Assembly (NCBI GenBank): GCA_963703345.1
Contig: OY969814.1
Span: 1,280,001 to 1,344,000 of the forward strand
Reading direction: 5' to 3'
DNA: 64,000 bases
Source of the DNA: an uncultured Chloroflexia bacterium
GTDB lineage: Bacteria; Chloroflexota; Dehalococcoidia; DSTF01; JALHUB01
In this document: positions 10,332-18,302 of the stretch, piece by piece
Layout: each line of letters begins with the position of its first letter
Numbering within the stretch: position 1 is the first letter of the stretch
Translations under genes and position numbers: made by a program
The notes under the pieces: model-generated
What the model saw: the letters and a program-made list of their open reading frames with translations, nothing else
Database searches by the model: none
What the model was told of the DNA's origin: nothing

Positions 10332-11354
10332 TTACCCTTCCTTATGTTGTGCTCGGCTAGCCGCCCGCCACCGAATGACTACCGCTGCGGCAAACGCGCT
10401 GCCTGCCGCGAGTAGCAACCAGGTTGCTGGCAGCCATGGTGGCGAGTCGTTGCCCGGGCCGCCGCCTGTCGACGGTGGTGCAGCTATGGGGTGGCCGGCC
10501 CCACCTAAGGGAGTAGGCGTGGCCGGCGCCGCTGTGGATGCCACGGGCGAAGCGGTGGGCGGCGCAGGCGTTGCTGTAGCCACGGGCGTACCGGGCGTAC
10601 CGCTCGGGGCGGGGGTTTCAGGCGACGCATTGGAGCAGCCCTGGATCGAGACGTTGTTGGTATCCATAGTCACTTCACCATTTCGCGCCAGGGCTCTACC
10701 GGACACGCTCGCACCGTTTTGTAGGGCGATGCTCGTGAGCGCGAGAATATTTCCTACGAATTTAGTGGTTGTGCCGAGAGTCGCGGAACTGCCGACCCGC
10801 CAGAACACGTTGCAAGCTGTACCGCCATTGATCACGCGGACAGAAGAGCTGCTGGCGGTCGTGAGTTTGCTCGCCATCTTGAAAATGAAGACGGCGTCGG
10901 CGCTACCCTGGGCGTCGAGAGTGAGCGCTCCTGTCAACTGAGCGGACGACGAGAAGCAATAGACTCCTTGCGTGAGCGTTTGCCCACCCAGATCCTTGCC
11001 AGTCTTATCGGCGGTGCAGGCCTGGGCTGCTAGAGCATCGTACGCAGTGGTGACGTCACTCTGGGCCTGAAGCGCGACCGCATCCGCTTTGTGCGTTGCT
11101 CCCGCGGTCACGCTCCCCGGAGGAAAACCAGTGACCGCAGTACCTGGGCTGACACCGAGATCTCCGAAGATCGTGGTCGGGCCGGTATTGGTCACAGTCT
11201 GGCCACCGAGGACCGCGAAGCTCGCCGCTGAACCCAGTCCTGGCGCGGTTTGCGCGCTGGGGCTTGCCATGGCGCCCGGCGCGGCAAGGAGCGCGGCGAG
11301 GGCAACGGCGCTGAGCCCCACGATAAGCCTGTAAGAGATTGACCTGTGTAACAT
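10332..11354 (-). CDS. DUF3494 (ice-binding-like) surface protein with Pro/Thr linker and C-terminal anchor
   Basis: LGSAASFAVLGGQTVTNTGPT, DLGGQTLTQGVY, NVFWRVGSSATLGT motifs; signal peptide; PPSTG + TM + basic tail. Confidence 0.9.
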   Translation of the reverse strand: MLHRSISYRLIVGLSAVALAALLAAPGAMASPSAQTAPGLGSAASFAVLGGQTVTNTGPTTIFGDLGVSPGTAVTGFPPGSVTAGATHKADAVALQAQSDVTTAYDALAAQACTADKTGKDLGGQTLTQGVYCFSSSAQLTGALTLDAQGSADAVFIFKMASKLTTASSSSVRVINGGTACNVFWRVGSSATLGTTTKFVGNILALTSIALQNGASVSGRALARNGEVTMDTNNVSIQGCSNASPETPAPSGTPGTPVATATPAPPTASPVASTAAPATPTPLGGAGHPIAAPPSTGGGPGNDSPPWLPATWLLLAAGSAFAAAVVIRWRAASRAQHKEG

Positions 11355-11442
11355 CCTTCGTTACCTCCTTGTAAGGGTCTACGCGGGTAGACGTTCGGGC
11401 CGTGTGGCACCGGGGCTCCGCGCCGTTGGCCTGAAGGAACTT

Positions 11443-11602
11443 CTCGGTGCCTACGTCATCGAACTGTGATACTCACCACGCCCAGGAGGACGAGGACGAT
11501 GAATCCAATGATAAGGACGAGCCAGATATTGTTGCCCATTTAGTCACCTCCACTTGATCTTTCGTATACATCGACTCCAAGCTTCACCTTCTCGCTGGCG
11601 CT
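11443..11602. repeat. ~160-bp direct repeat, copy 2
   Basis: Matches 9527-9688. Confidence 0.95.
11456..11539 (-). CDS. 27-aa single-TM microprotein, copy 2 (MGNNIWLVLIIGFIVLVLLGVVSITVR)
   Basis: Strong GGAGGTG RBS 5 nt before the ATG; one V/I difference from copy 1. Confidence 0.75.
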   Translation of the reverse strand: MGNNIWLVLIIGFIVLVLLGVVSITVR

Positions 11603-11630
11603 TGTGAGTTCCGCCTTCGGTCATTCGACA

Positions 11631-12107
11631 CTAGCGCCGCCACCGCCTGGTGCGGCTGGTAACGACTTTCTCCCCGGTTGCCGAGGGGCCGGCCGTAATC
11701 GCAGATAGGACGGCAATTAGCAACAGCGCAGCGACCGCGTACACGCCTATCGCGATAAGGGACGCGTATTCGAGATCGCCTCTGTTAGCGAGGATCCCTT
11801 GAAACGGCGCGGCGAGTGGCTTGCTGATGTCGTAGATGAAGTTGACGAAGCCGCTGTTGGAATTGGCTTCGGCCAGACGAAATCCCAGCCGGAAGACCAG
11901 CAACGTCTCCACTACTGCGAGGGCGACCATAATTACGTCGCCCAGGCTACGACCCCAGCTGCGTGCCAGGTTCCAACCGCCGGCTGACGAGTGCACGACC
12001 TGCTCTTCGACTACGCTATCGTCCCTGGCGATCGGTCGGTCTTCGGCGACGGGTCGCCGCTCGTTGTCGTCTGCCATCTCCTCATCTTGTCTCCGGATAG
12101 TCATCAT
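11631..12107 (-). CDS. YggT-like membrane protein
   Basis: ETLLVFRLGFRLAEANSNSGFVNFIYDISKPLAAPFQGI...EYASLIAIGVY; AAGGAGG RBS. Confidence 0.8.
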   Translation of the reverse strand: MMTIRRQDEEMADDNERRPVAEDRPIARDDSVVEEQVVHSSAGGWNLARSWGRSLGDVIMVALAVVETLLVFRLGFRLAEANSNSGFVNFIYDISKPLAAPFQGILANRGDLEYASLIAIGVYAVAALLLIAVLSAITAGPSATGEKVVTSRTRRWRR

Positions 12108-12132
12108 TTCCTCCTTGCGAGGTCACCGGCGT

Positions 12133-12333
12133 CTAAGCCGCGACGCTTAACGGCCTCTGTGACATGAGCCAGCGCGTCGCATTGGTGTGTTCCTCAGTAT
12201 TCGGTCCGACCGAGGCGGCTTGAACTGCCTGGCGGTGCCCGCACTGGAGACACACCAATTCCTCCAAACGCGAAAGTATGTCCTCTTCGACCAACATGTC
12301 TCCGCTGCATCGCTGACATCCCCTGAACACCAT
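12133..12333 (-). CDS. Small zinc-ribbon protein (66 aa)
   Basis: CQRCSGD...CLQCG; GAGGAGG RBS before the ATG at 12333. Confidence 0.75.
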   Translation of the reverse strand: MVFRGCQRCSGDMLVEEDILSRLEELVCLQCGHRQAVQAASVGPNTEEHTNATRWLMSQRPLSVAA

Positions 12334-12347
12334 ATTTCTGCACCTCC

Positions 12348-12581
12348 TCAATTGGCCTTCAGACCGGGGCTATCGATCGCCCTGCTGCCAGCGTCCTTTC
12401 GATCGACATCACGCCACAGAACGGTGTGTTCTGTCAGCCATCTCTCCAGGGAATCCTCGTCAATGCGGATCTGACGGCCGAGACGGATGAACGGTAGGTC
12501 ATCGCGGCGAATCATCCTGTATACCCATTGCGGCTTGACCTTGAGCAGATCCGCCGTTTCCTTGACTGTGAGCACCTTCAT
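12348..12581 (-). CDS. Excisionase-like helix-turn-helix (HTH_17) DNA-binding protein, probably leaderless
   Basis: MKVLTVKETADLLKVKPQWVYRMIRRDDLPFIRLGRQIRI; TATAGT 7 nt upstream of the ATG. Confidence 0.85.
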   Translation of the reverse strand: MKVLTVKETADLLKVKPQWVYRMIRRDDLPFIRLGRQIRIDEDSLERWLTEHTVLWRDVDRKDAGSRAIDSPGLKAN

Positions 12582-12588
12582 GTACTTC

Positions 12589-12691
12589 ACTATAGGAGGC
12601 CGGCGTTCCGTACGCGTTCCGCAGCCGTTCCGGGCGCGTTCTTTTGACGTTCTTTTCGTTCTTGTAATTCGCTGTGACGTCGTTGTACAAT
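12589..12691. promoter_or_regulatory. Divergent promoter region with 11-bp-phased CGTTC direct repeats (putative SARP operator)
   Basis: CGTTC at 12604, 12615, 12626, 12637, 12648; -10-like TATAGT (minus, 12589-12594) and TACAAT (plus, 12686-12691). Confidence 0.7.
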
Positions 12692-12734
12692 ACTCGTACT
12701 TCCTTCAGTTCTAAGGGGGGCATAGTACAACGCA

Positions 12735-13511
12735 GTGCAAACGGACGACGTAGGGCTGCGCATGTTTCTGCTGGGGCGCTTCGAGGTGCGCGCCGGTGAC
12801 CACGTGATCATCGACCAGGCGTGGCACCACCGGAACGCCAAGGCGTTACTCAAGCTCCTGGCCGTTCAGAGGGACCGCGCTCTGCACCGCGAACAGATTC
12901 TCGATGCCTTTTGGGCCAGCCTCGACCCGTCGGCCGCAGCCGCGAACCTCCGCAAGATCCTGTTTGATCTGCGCGCCGAGTTCGCCGCGCGACGCGTAGC
13001 AGCTCAGGTGGTCACCATCGCCGACGATATGGTCGTCCTTTCGCCTGAAATCTCCCTGGACATCGACGAATTCCGTTCTTGTGCGCGCGCAGCCCGTTCC
13101 GCTCAAGACAGGCTCGATCTCTACGAGGAAGCCATCGCCATCTACGGGGGCGACTTGCTTGTAGAAGATCTCTACGCGGAGTGGACCGAGGGCCTGCGCC
13201 GGGAGCTGCGGGATCTACACAATGACCTACTGATTGAGCTGAGCCAGCTGTACGCGGCGGCGGGAAAACTCGAACTGGCGGCCGAACGTCTCGAACGTCT
13301 GCTCCAGGCCGACCCTCTGAATGAGGACGCCAATCGGTTGATGATGCGCCTCTACGCCGAGGCGGGTAGTCGCCAGAAGGCCCACCGCCAGTATAAGACC
13401 TTCCGTGCCGTGCTTCGCCGCGAGATCGGAGCCGCGCCCTCGGAAGAGACGGAGACGCTCATCCGCGATATTCTCGCGGGCAAGGTCGGCCGCGGCCGGC
13501 CCGTTCGATGA
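12735..13511 (+). CDS. SARP-family transcriptional activator (winged HTH + BTAD)
   Basis: LLGRFEV, ALLKLLA, REQILDAFW, YGGDLL, DPLNEDANRLMMRLY motifs. Confidence 0.9.
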   Translation: MQTDDVGLRMFLLGRFEVRAGDHVIIDQAWHHRNAKALLKLLAVQRDRALHREQILDAFWASLDPSAAAANLRKILFDLRAEFAARRVAAQVVTIADDMVVLSPEISLDIDEFRSCARAARSAQDRLDLYEEAIAIYGGDLLVEDLYAEWTEGLRRELRDLHNDLLIELSQLYAAAGKLELAAERLERLLQADPLNEDANRLMMRLYAEAGSRQKAHRQYKTFRAVLRREIGAAPSEETETLIRDILAGKVGRGRPVR

Positions 13512-13595
13512 AGCAAGATCGGCGGCAACCGCCTTGCAGCATCTTCTAAGAACTTGTCAAAGTCTCACGACTTATGTCGAGTGCTTGAGAAGGGC

Positions 13596-14177
13596 TCACT
13601 TTCGTGAGAGGTTGGCCAGAGCGCGACGTATCTGCGGGTCGGAGCGCAAGAACTTCAAGAGCTGGCTCGTCGTCAGGCCGAGCGCCGCCGCGGCCCGAGC
13701 GTAGCTGCCACCCGCCGCGTCGAGGGCGTCGAGCACGATGGCGACGATTATCGGATAGCCACGGTTGCTATGGTTCACCGCCAGGCCGCCCTCCCGGCCC
13801 CGCTGCGCTTCGAGCTCCGGCACCGACGGCGGCGACTTCAAATCGAAGGGCTGCCTGAGCGCGAGCGCCATTCGCTCGCGCAGTCGGCGGACCGCCCGCG
13901 ACCGGTTCTCTTCCAGATAGCGCGATTCCTCGGCCTGGGCGATGAGCCCGCTCGGCTCGTGGCGGAGGCGCACCGCCGTCTCCACCTTGTTTCGCCGTTG
14001 CCCGCCCGGGCCACTGGCGCGATAGCGCTCCTCGCGGCACTCCTTCAAGAGCGCGGCTTCCTCCATCCGCAGCCACACGTTCCTGCCACTTGCCGCCGTC
14101 ACGGCGTCCAGATCGCCCGCAGTCAACGCGAATACCTCCCGACTCGAAAACGCGGCGGTCCCACTCTCGCCGCGCAT
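13596..14177 (-). CDS. Peptide chain release factor-like protein (GGQ domain) with C-terminal Fis-like HTH
   Basis: YRASGPGGQRRNKVETAVRLRH; C-terminal ALDAAGGSYARAAAALGLTTSQL. Confidence 0.85.
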   Translation of the reverse strand: MRGESGTAAFSSREVFALTAGDLDAVTAASGRNVWLRMEEAALLKECREERYRASGPGGQRRNKVETAVRLRHEPSGLIAQAEESRYLEENRSRAVRRLRERMALALRQPFDLKSPPSVPELEAQRGREGGLAVNHSNRGYPIIVAIVLDALDAAGGSYARAAAALGLTTSQLLKFLRSDPQIRRALANLSRK

Positions 14178-14329
14178 GATTGTAGTCCATCGCGGCCGGC
14201 GCGGTCATTCGCCTTCCCGACTAAGAGATTTGCTTGCGAAATCCCTCGCCTCTCTCGTTGACACGGATGTTACAACAAGAGGTCAAGCGCCAATCTTCGG
14301 AGGCTTGATTCGGTGTCTGCAGTCCAAGG

Positions 14330-15358
14330 ATGGCGAAGGTGACTGCGCCCAAGGCGAAGAACGTCTTCAAGCAGTTGAAGGCCGCCGAAGAGGAATTGCA
14401 GCGCAAGGACGAAGAGCTGCGAAAGGCGTGCCTGGAAACGGACGTGGAGCGGCACCGCTACTATGACCTCTTCGAGCAAGCTCCCGACGCGTACGTGGTC
14501 ACCGACATCGACGGCAAGATACTGGAATGCAATCGCGCCGCAGCGGAGTTGCTCAACCGGAAGGTTTCGCAAGTTACCGGCAAGCCGGTGCCCGGCTTCT
14601 TCTCCCTTGATGACCGCCCTGCCGTTCTGCAGCTCCTGAACTTGTTCCGCGAGTCCGAGGAGCGGCAGGAATGCGAGTTGCGGCTCTCGCCGAACGCGGG
14701 CAGCGAACCGTTGCACGCCCAGGCGACGGTCAGTCTCGTCCACAACGCGGCGCGAGAGGACGTCGAACTGCGGTGGCTGCTTCGCGATGTATCGCGACGG
14801 AAAGCCGCCGAGGCCGCCCTCGCCCAGAGCGAGCAGCGGCATCGCTTCCTTACCGAGCACGCCCAGGATGCCAGCTATCTCGTCCGCTTTTTGCCCGAGC
14901 CGCACCTGGAATACGTGAGTCCGGCCATCGAGCGCGCTGGTGAAGGATGCGCACGCCGCCTTCGTCAGGGGTGGCACGACGCACAAGGTGCTCGTTGAGC
15001 TGCCGGAGGATCTCCCCCCTTGAAAGCGGACAAGCGGCGCGTCGTGCAGGTGCTGAGCAATCTCCTCTCCAACGCCGCTCACGTCTCGCCACCGTCGGAG
15101 CCGATCACGATCTTCGCGCAATCGCAGGACGACGGCGTGCTCATACAGGTGCGCGACCGCGGCCGCGGCATTGCGCCGGAGCAGTTGCCGCTGCTCTTCC
15201 GAAAGTTCTACAAGATCGACGAGCGGGGGGACAAAGGAAGCGGCCTCGGCCTGGCGATCTCGAAGGGCATCGTGGAGGCGCACGGCGGGCGCATCTGGGC
15301 GGAGAGCGCCGGCGAAGGCGAGGGTGCCAGCTTCAGCTTCACGCTGCCGGCGGCCTGA
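14330..15358 (+). pseudogene. PAS sensor histidine kinase with internal deletion and frameshift
   Basis: PAS domain and start of a second PAS joined out of frame (~14935) to HATPase; further shift in a C-run near 15015; HisKA domain missing; N, G1, G2 boxes intact. Confidence 0.75.
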
Positions 15359-15407
15359 GAGAACGCAGCTTCAGGCGCGTCGTTCCTCGCGCGAGAAACG
15401 CTCCGGT

Positions 15408-16181
15408 TTACTGTTCCACGATCTGAATGCTCTGGACAACGTCGCCCTTCGCGAGCTGTTGCAGGACGTCCAGACCTGAAGTGACCTTGCCGAACGGCCA
15501 GAAGTCCGTCGAATCGAGGCGGGAGGGGTTGAGGGCTATAAAGAAGCGGCTGCCCGCCTTCATCCCGGTCGCGCTCCCTTCGAACATGCCCAGCGAGCCC
15601 ACCTCGAAAGTGTGCGAGTTCGGCTCGTTGGCGATCTCGTAGCCCGGACCGCCCTTGCCGTTGCCAGCCGGATCGCCTGTGGCTGCGAATGCGTCGGTGT
15701 CAACGTAGTAGAACTGCAGGTTGTTGAAGAAGCCCTGCCTGGCCAGGAAGACGAAGTTGTTGACCGTATTCGGCGCGTCGGCAGCGTACAGCGACACGAC
15801 GATTGGGCCCTTGTCAGTGGTGATTGTTGCGGTGTAGGTCTTCGCCGGATCGATGCTCATCGCCGGGGCGGCCTGCCACTGCTTCACCTGCTCGACGGTC
15901 GGCGTGGGCGTGACGTCGCTGGCTGAGGGCGTCGGCGTGTCGGTCTGAGAGACGGCGCCTACAGGCGTGGGCGTAGGAGTGGAGGCGTTGGTCCGGCCCC
16001 AGATCGCCAACCAGCCGGTTGCCAGGCTGCCCACCATTATCAGGGCGCCGGCGATGTAGAACATCTTGACGTTGCTAAAGATCCCAAAGGGCCCGTGCTT
16101 AGCGGCCGGCCCCGACCAGTCGGCGCGGCGCGGCTTGCGGCCCTTCCGTTTGATGTTTCTTGGTTGCTTCTGTTTCGGCAT
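15408..16181 (-). CDS. Membrane-anchored cyclophilin-type peptidyl-prolyl isomerase
   Basis: ATITTDKG, APNTVNNFVFLA, GDPAGNGKGGPGY, FGKVTSGLDV; N-terminal TM and PT linker; several catalytic residues look substituted. Confidence 0.85.
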   Translation of the reverse strand: MPKQKQPRNIKRKGRKPRRADWSGPAAKHGPFGIFSNVKMFYIAGALIMVGSLATGWLAIWGRTNASTPTPTPVGAVSQTDTPTPSASDVTPTPTVEQVKQWQAAPAMSIDPAKTYTATITTDKGPIVVSLYAADAPNTVNNFVFLARQGFFNNLQFYYVDTDAFAATGDPAGNGKGGPGYEIANEPNSHTFEVGSLGMFEGSATGMKAGSRFFIALNPSRLDSTDFWPFGKVTSGLDVLQQLAKGDVVQSIQIVEQ

Positions 16182-16609
16182 TAAGAAAACCTCTGAGTTA
16201 CTAAACGAGCCTTGAAGGCGACTGTATGTAGTATAACAGAGCGAATTCGCTTGGCAAACCGGCCGCCGACAAGGAGGGTCCTGCCCCGCCCGGAGACCTC
16301 CTGACAGCCAGATTGGTCGAAAGCGACGGCTAGAGGGACGGTGAGATCGCGCTCCTGCGATGCGCGAGGCGAAGCCTCGCGCGGAACCCACGTAGCTGCA
16401 GCAACCGATGCCTTATGTTACGTCGACCTTCCATGGCAGCTTCGCAACGGCAGTGGGATGTGCGCTGGTGGCGTTCTCGGAGCGGTCCTCGACAAAGTAC
16501 TCTGAGACAAGCTGGTCTGATGCCCATCGGTCTTTCATCTAGGCGCTGACCATCGCTTAGTCTATAACGAGTATCCTTCTCCGACGTTCTCATTAGTGAC
16601 CCGACTGCG

Positions 16610-16945
16610 AGCCGACACTGTGTACGCAGTCGGCGTCGGCAGTCAAACAGGCGCCGCGAACTGCTGCAACGCCCATGAACTGGATGAAACCCTCCTCCAG
16701 GCAATCGTCGAGGGACCGCCCGGCAACTACACGCACGCGGTAGACGCGTCCACCTTGCCGGACATCTACAGCGGGATATCGCAGGACGTGATCAACATCT
16801 GCGCCAACTTCAGCGGCCACAAGTACGACGATCTGGCATGCGGCATCTCCGGGCTGCTTGGCGTCGATGTAGTCGTCCAATTCGTCGGAACTGGTCACCT
16901 GCTTGTCGTCAACGCCGATTATGACATCGCCACCTGGTGGTATCG
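16610..16945. pseudogene. Fused remnants: vWA-type fragment (+, ~16610-16845) abutting an HtrA-type PDZ fragment (-, ~16845-16945)
   Basis: TVYAVGVG...LDETLLQAI...NYTHAVDASTL on plus; GGDVIIGVDDKQVTSSDELDDYIDAKQPGD on minus. Confidence 0.55.
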
Positions 16946-17079
16946 CCGCGAGTTCGCTGTTCGATGGCTCGGAGCCCACGCGACCTGCCGGCTCACTGGG
17001 AGGCTCATAGGAGTCGCTCTCAAAGGGCAGACGCGTCGACAAAGCGGTGGTACAATGCCAGAACCGAGGCGGCAGACCC

Positions 17080-17679
17080 ATGATCAGGATCCTGATCGCG
17101 GACGACGACTCCGGCGCGTGCGAGACTCTGGCGGACATACTCAGCGGGCAAGGCTATGAGGTGCGAACCGTCGAGAGCAGCCAGGCTGCGCTGGAAGCGG
17201 TGCAGGGCGAGCACTACGACGTCGCGCTGATTGATCAGCGAATGCCGGCAATGGAGGGCCTGGCAGTAGCCGGCGAACTGATCAGAACGCGGGCGTGCGA
17301 CGAGGTCTTCATGATCACGGCCTATGCGGAGCCGGGTTTCGCGAAGCGCGCTCACGCCAGGGGAGTGAGGCACGTGTTCGTGAAGCCGATCGACATTCCT
17401 CACCTCCTTCAGATGATAGGGCGGACCCGGGGCGGCCGCGCGTTATCGCAGCCTGCGGACTTTCAGCCGGATGCAAAGTCGCCGCCTTCGGGCCTGACGC
17501 GTCGAGAGTTGCAAGTGTTGGCACTCATCGCTCAGGGGAAGCACAACCGCGAGATTGCCGCCGAACTGACGCTTAGCCCGCGGACGGTGGAGCGGCACGT
17601 CGGAAAGATACTGGCGCGGCTGGAGGTGCCTGGTCGCGGTGCTGCGGCGGCCTTCGCTATCCGGCACCGGCTAGTCTAG
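17080..17679 (+). CDS. Response regulator, REC + LuxR-type HTH
   Basis: ILIADDD, DQRMP, TAY, KP; LTRRELQVLALIAQGKHNREIA. Confidence 0.9.
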   Translation: MIRILIADDDSGACETLADILSGQGYEVRTVESSQAALEAVQGEHYDVALIDQRMPAMEGLAVAGELIRTRACDEVFMITAYAEPGFAKRAHARGVRHVFVKPIDIPHLLQMIGRTRGGRALSQPADFQPDAKSPPSGLTRRELQVLALIAQGKHNREIAAELTLSPRTVERHVGKILARLEVPGRGAAAAFAIRHRLV

Positions 17680-18051
17680 GTAAGACGGCGCCAGGGTCCT
17701 GCGCCGATCGCGGGCAATGTAGGCCGCCTTTCGCGTACCGGCTTCCCAGGCCTGCAGGAGGGCGGCGCGCGCGGCGTTGCGGAACGGGGAGTGATAGTGC
17801 TCCATTATCGCCTGCACGCCGTCAGTCGGGATCGCCGCAATGGTCTTGCCGATAATGGCTTCCTCGATAAGACGCTTGAGCGCCATGCATTCGGGGTAGA
17901 CGTATACGGCCAGGACCAGTTGGGTGGTGCGTTCGACCTCCAGTTCTATCGTTAGAAGCCCTGAAGTGCCAGCCGACGACTGGGGAAGGCGCGCCATTCC
18001 CCCATAGACATCTGCCTGAGGGTGCGGCTGCTCCGGATCACGGTGAACCAC
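17671..18051 (-). CDS. Hypothetical protein, DUF3870-like
   Basis: GMARLPQ...TIELEVE...HYHSPFRNAARAAL resembles DUF3870 from memory. Confidence 0.55.
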   Translation of the reverse strand: MVHRDPEQPHPQADVYGGMARLPQSSAGTSGLLTIELEVERTTQLVLAVYVYPECMALKRLIEEAIIGKTIAAIPTDGVQAIMEHYHSPFRNAARAALLQAWEAGTRKAAYIARDRRRTLAPSYLD

Positions 18052-18302
18052 TTGACAGCCCGTCCTTCCTCTATTAGGCTCTCGTCAGGAAGCTGCGAGT
18101 TGACACGTCTGCTTGTTGGCAGTCCCCCCTCGAACGGTCGGCAGGCGTTTCTCAACTCGCTCCCCGGTCTTGCCTGCCTGCCTTGTAGCAGCCTTCGCGA
18201 GGGGCTGTCATGCGCGAAACTACGCATTTTCGTGATTTCGTGAACGTTTCCTTCGTTCTGTCCCGACTGGGGCCCTAGACATCAGTCTCAGGGAGGTGGC
18301 CC

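Noticed and set aside
12348-12581. Prophage excisionase implying a prophage
   Set aside because: No integrase, structural or lysis genes nearby; standalone HTH_17 regulators are common
16362-16382. Perfect 9-bp hairpin GCGCGAGGC-GAA-GCCTCGCGC
   Set aside because: Single occurrence with no U-tract or assignable transcript
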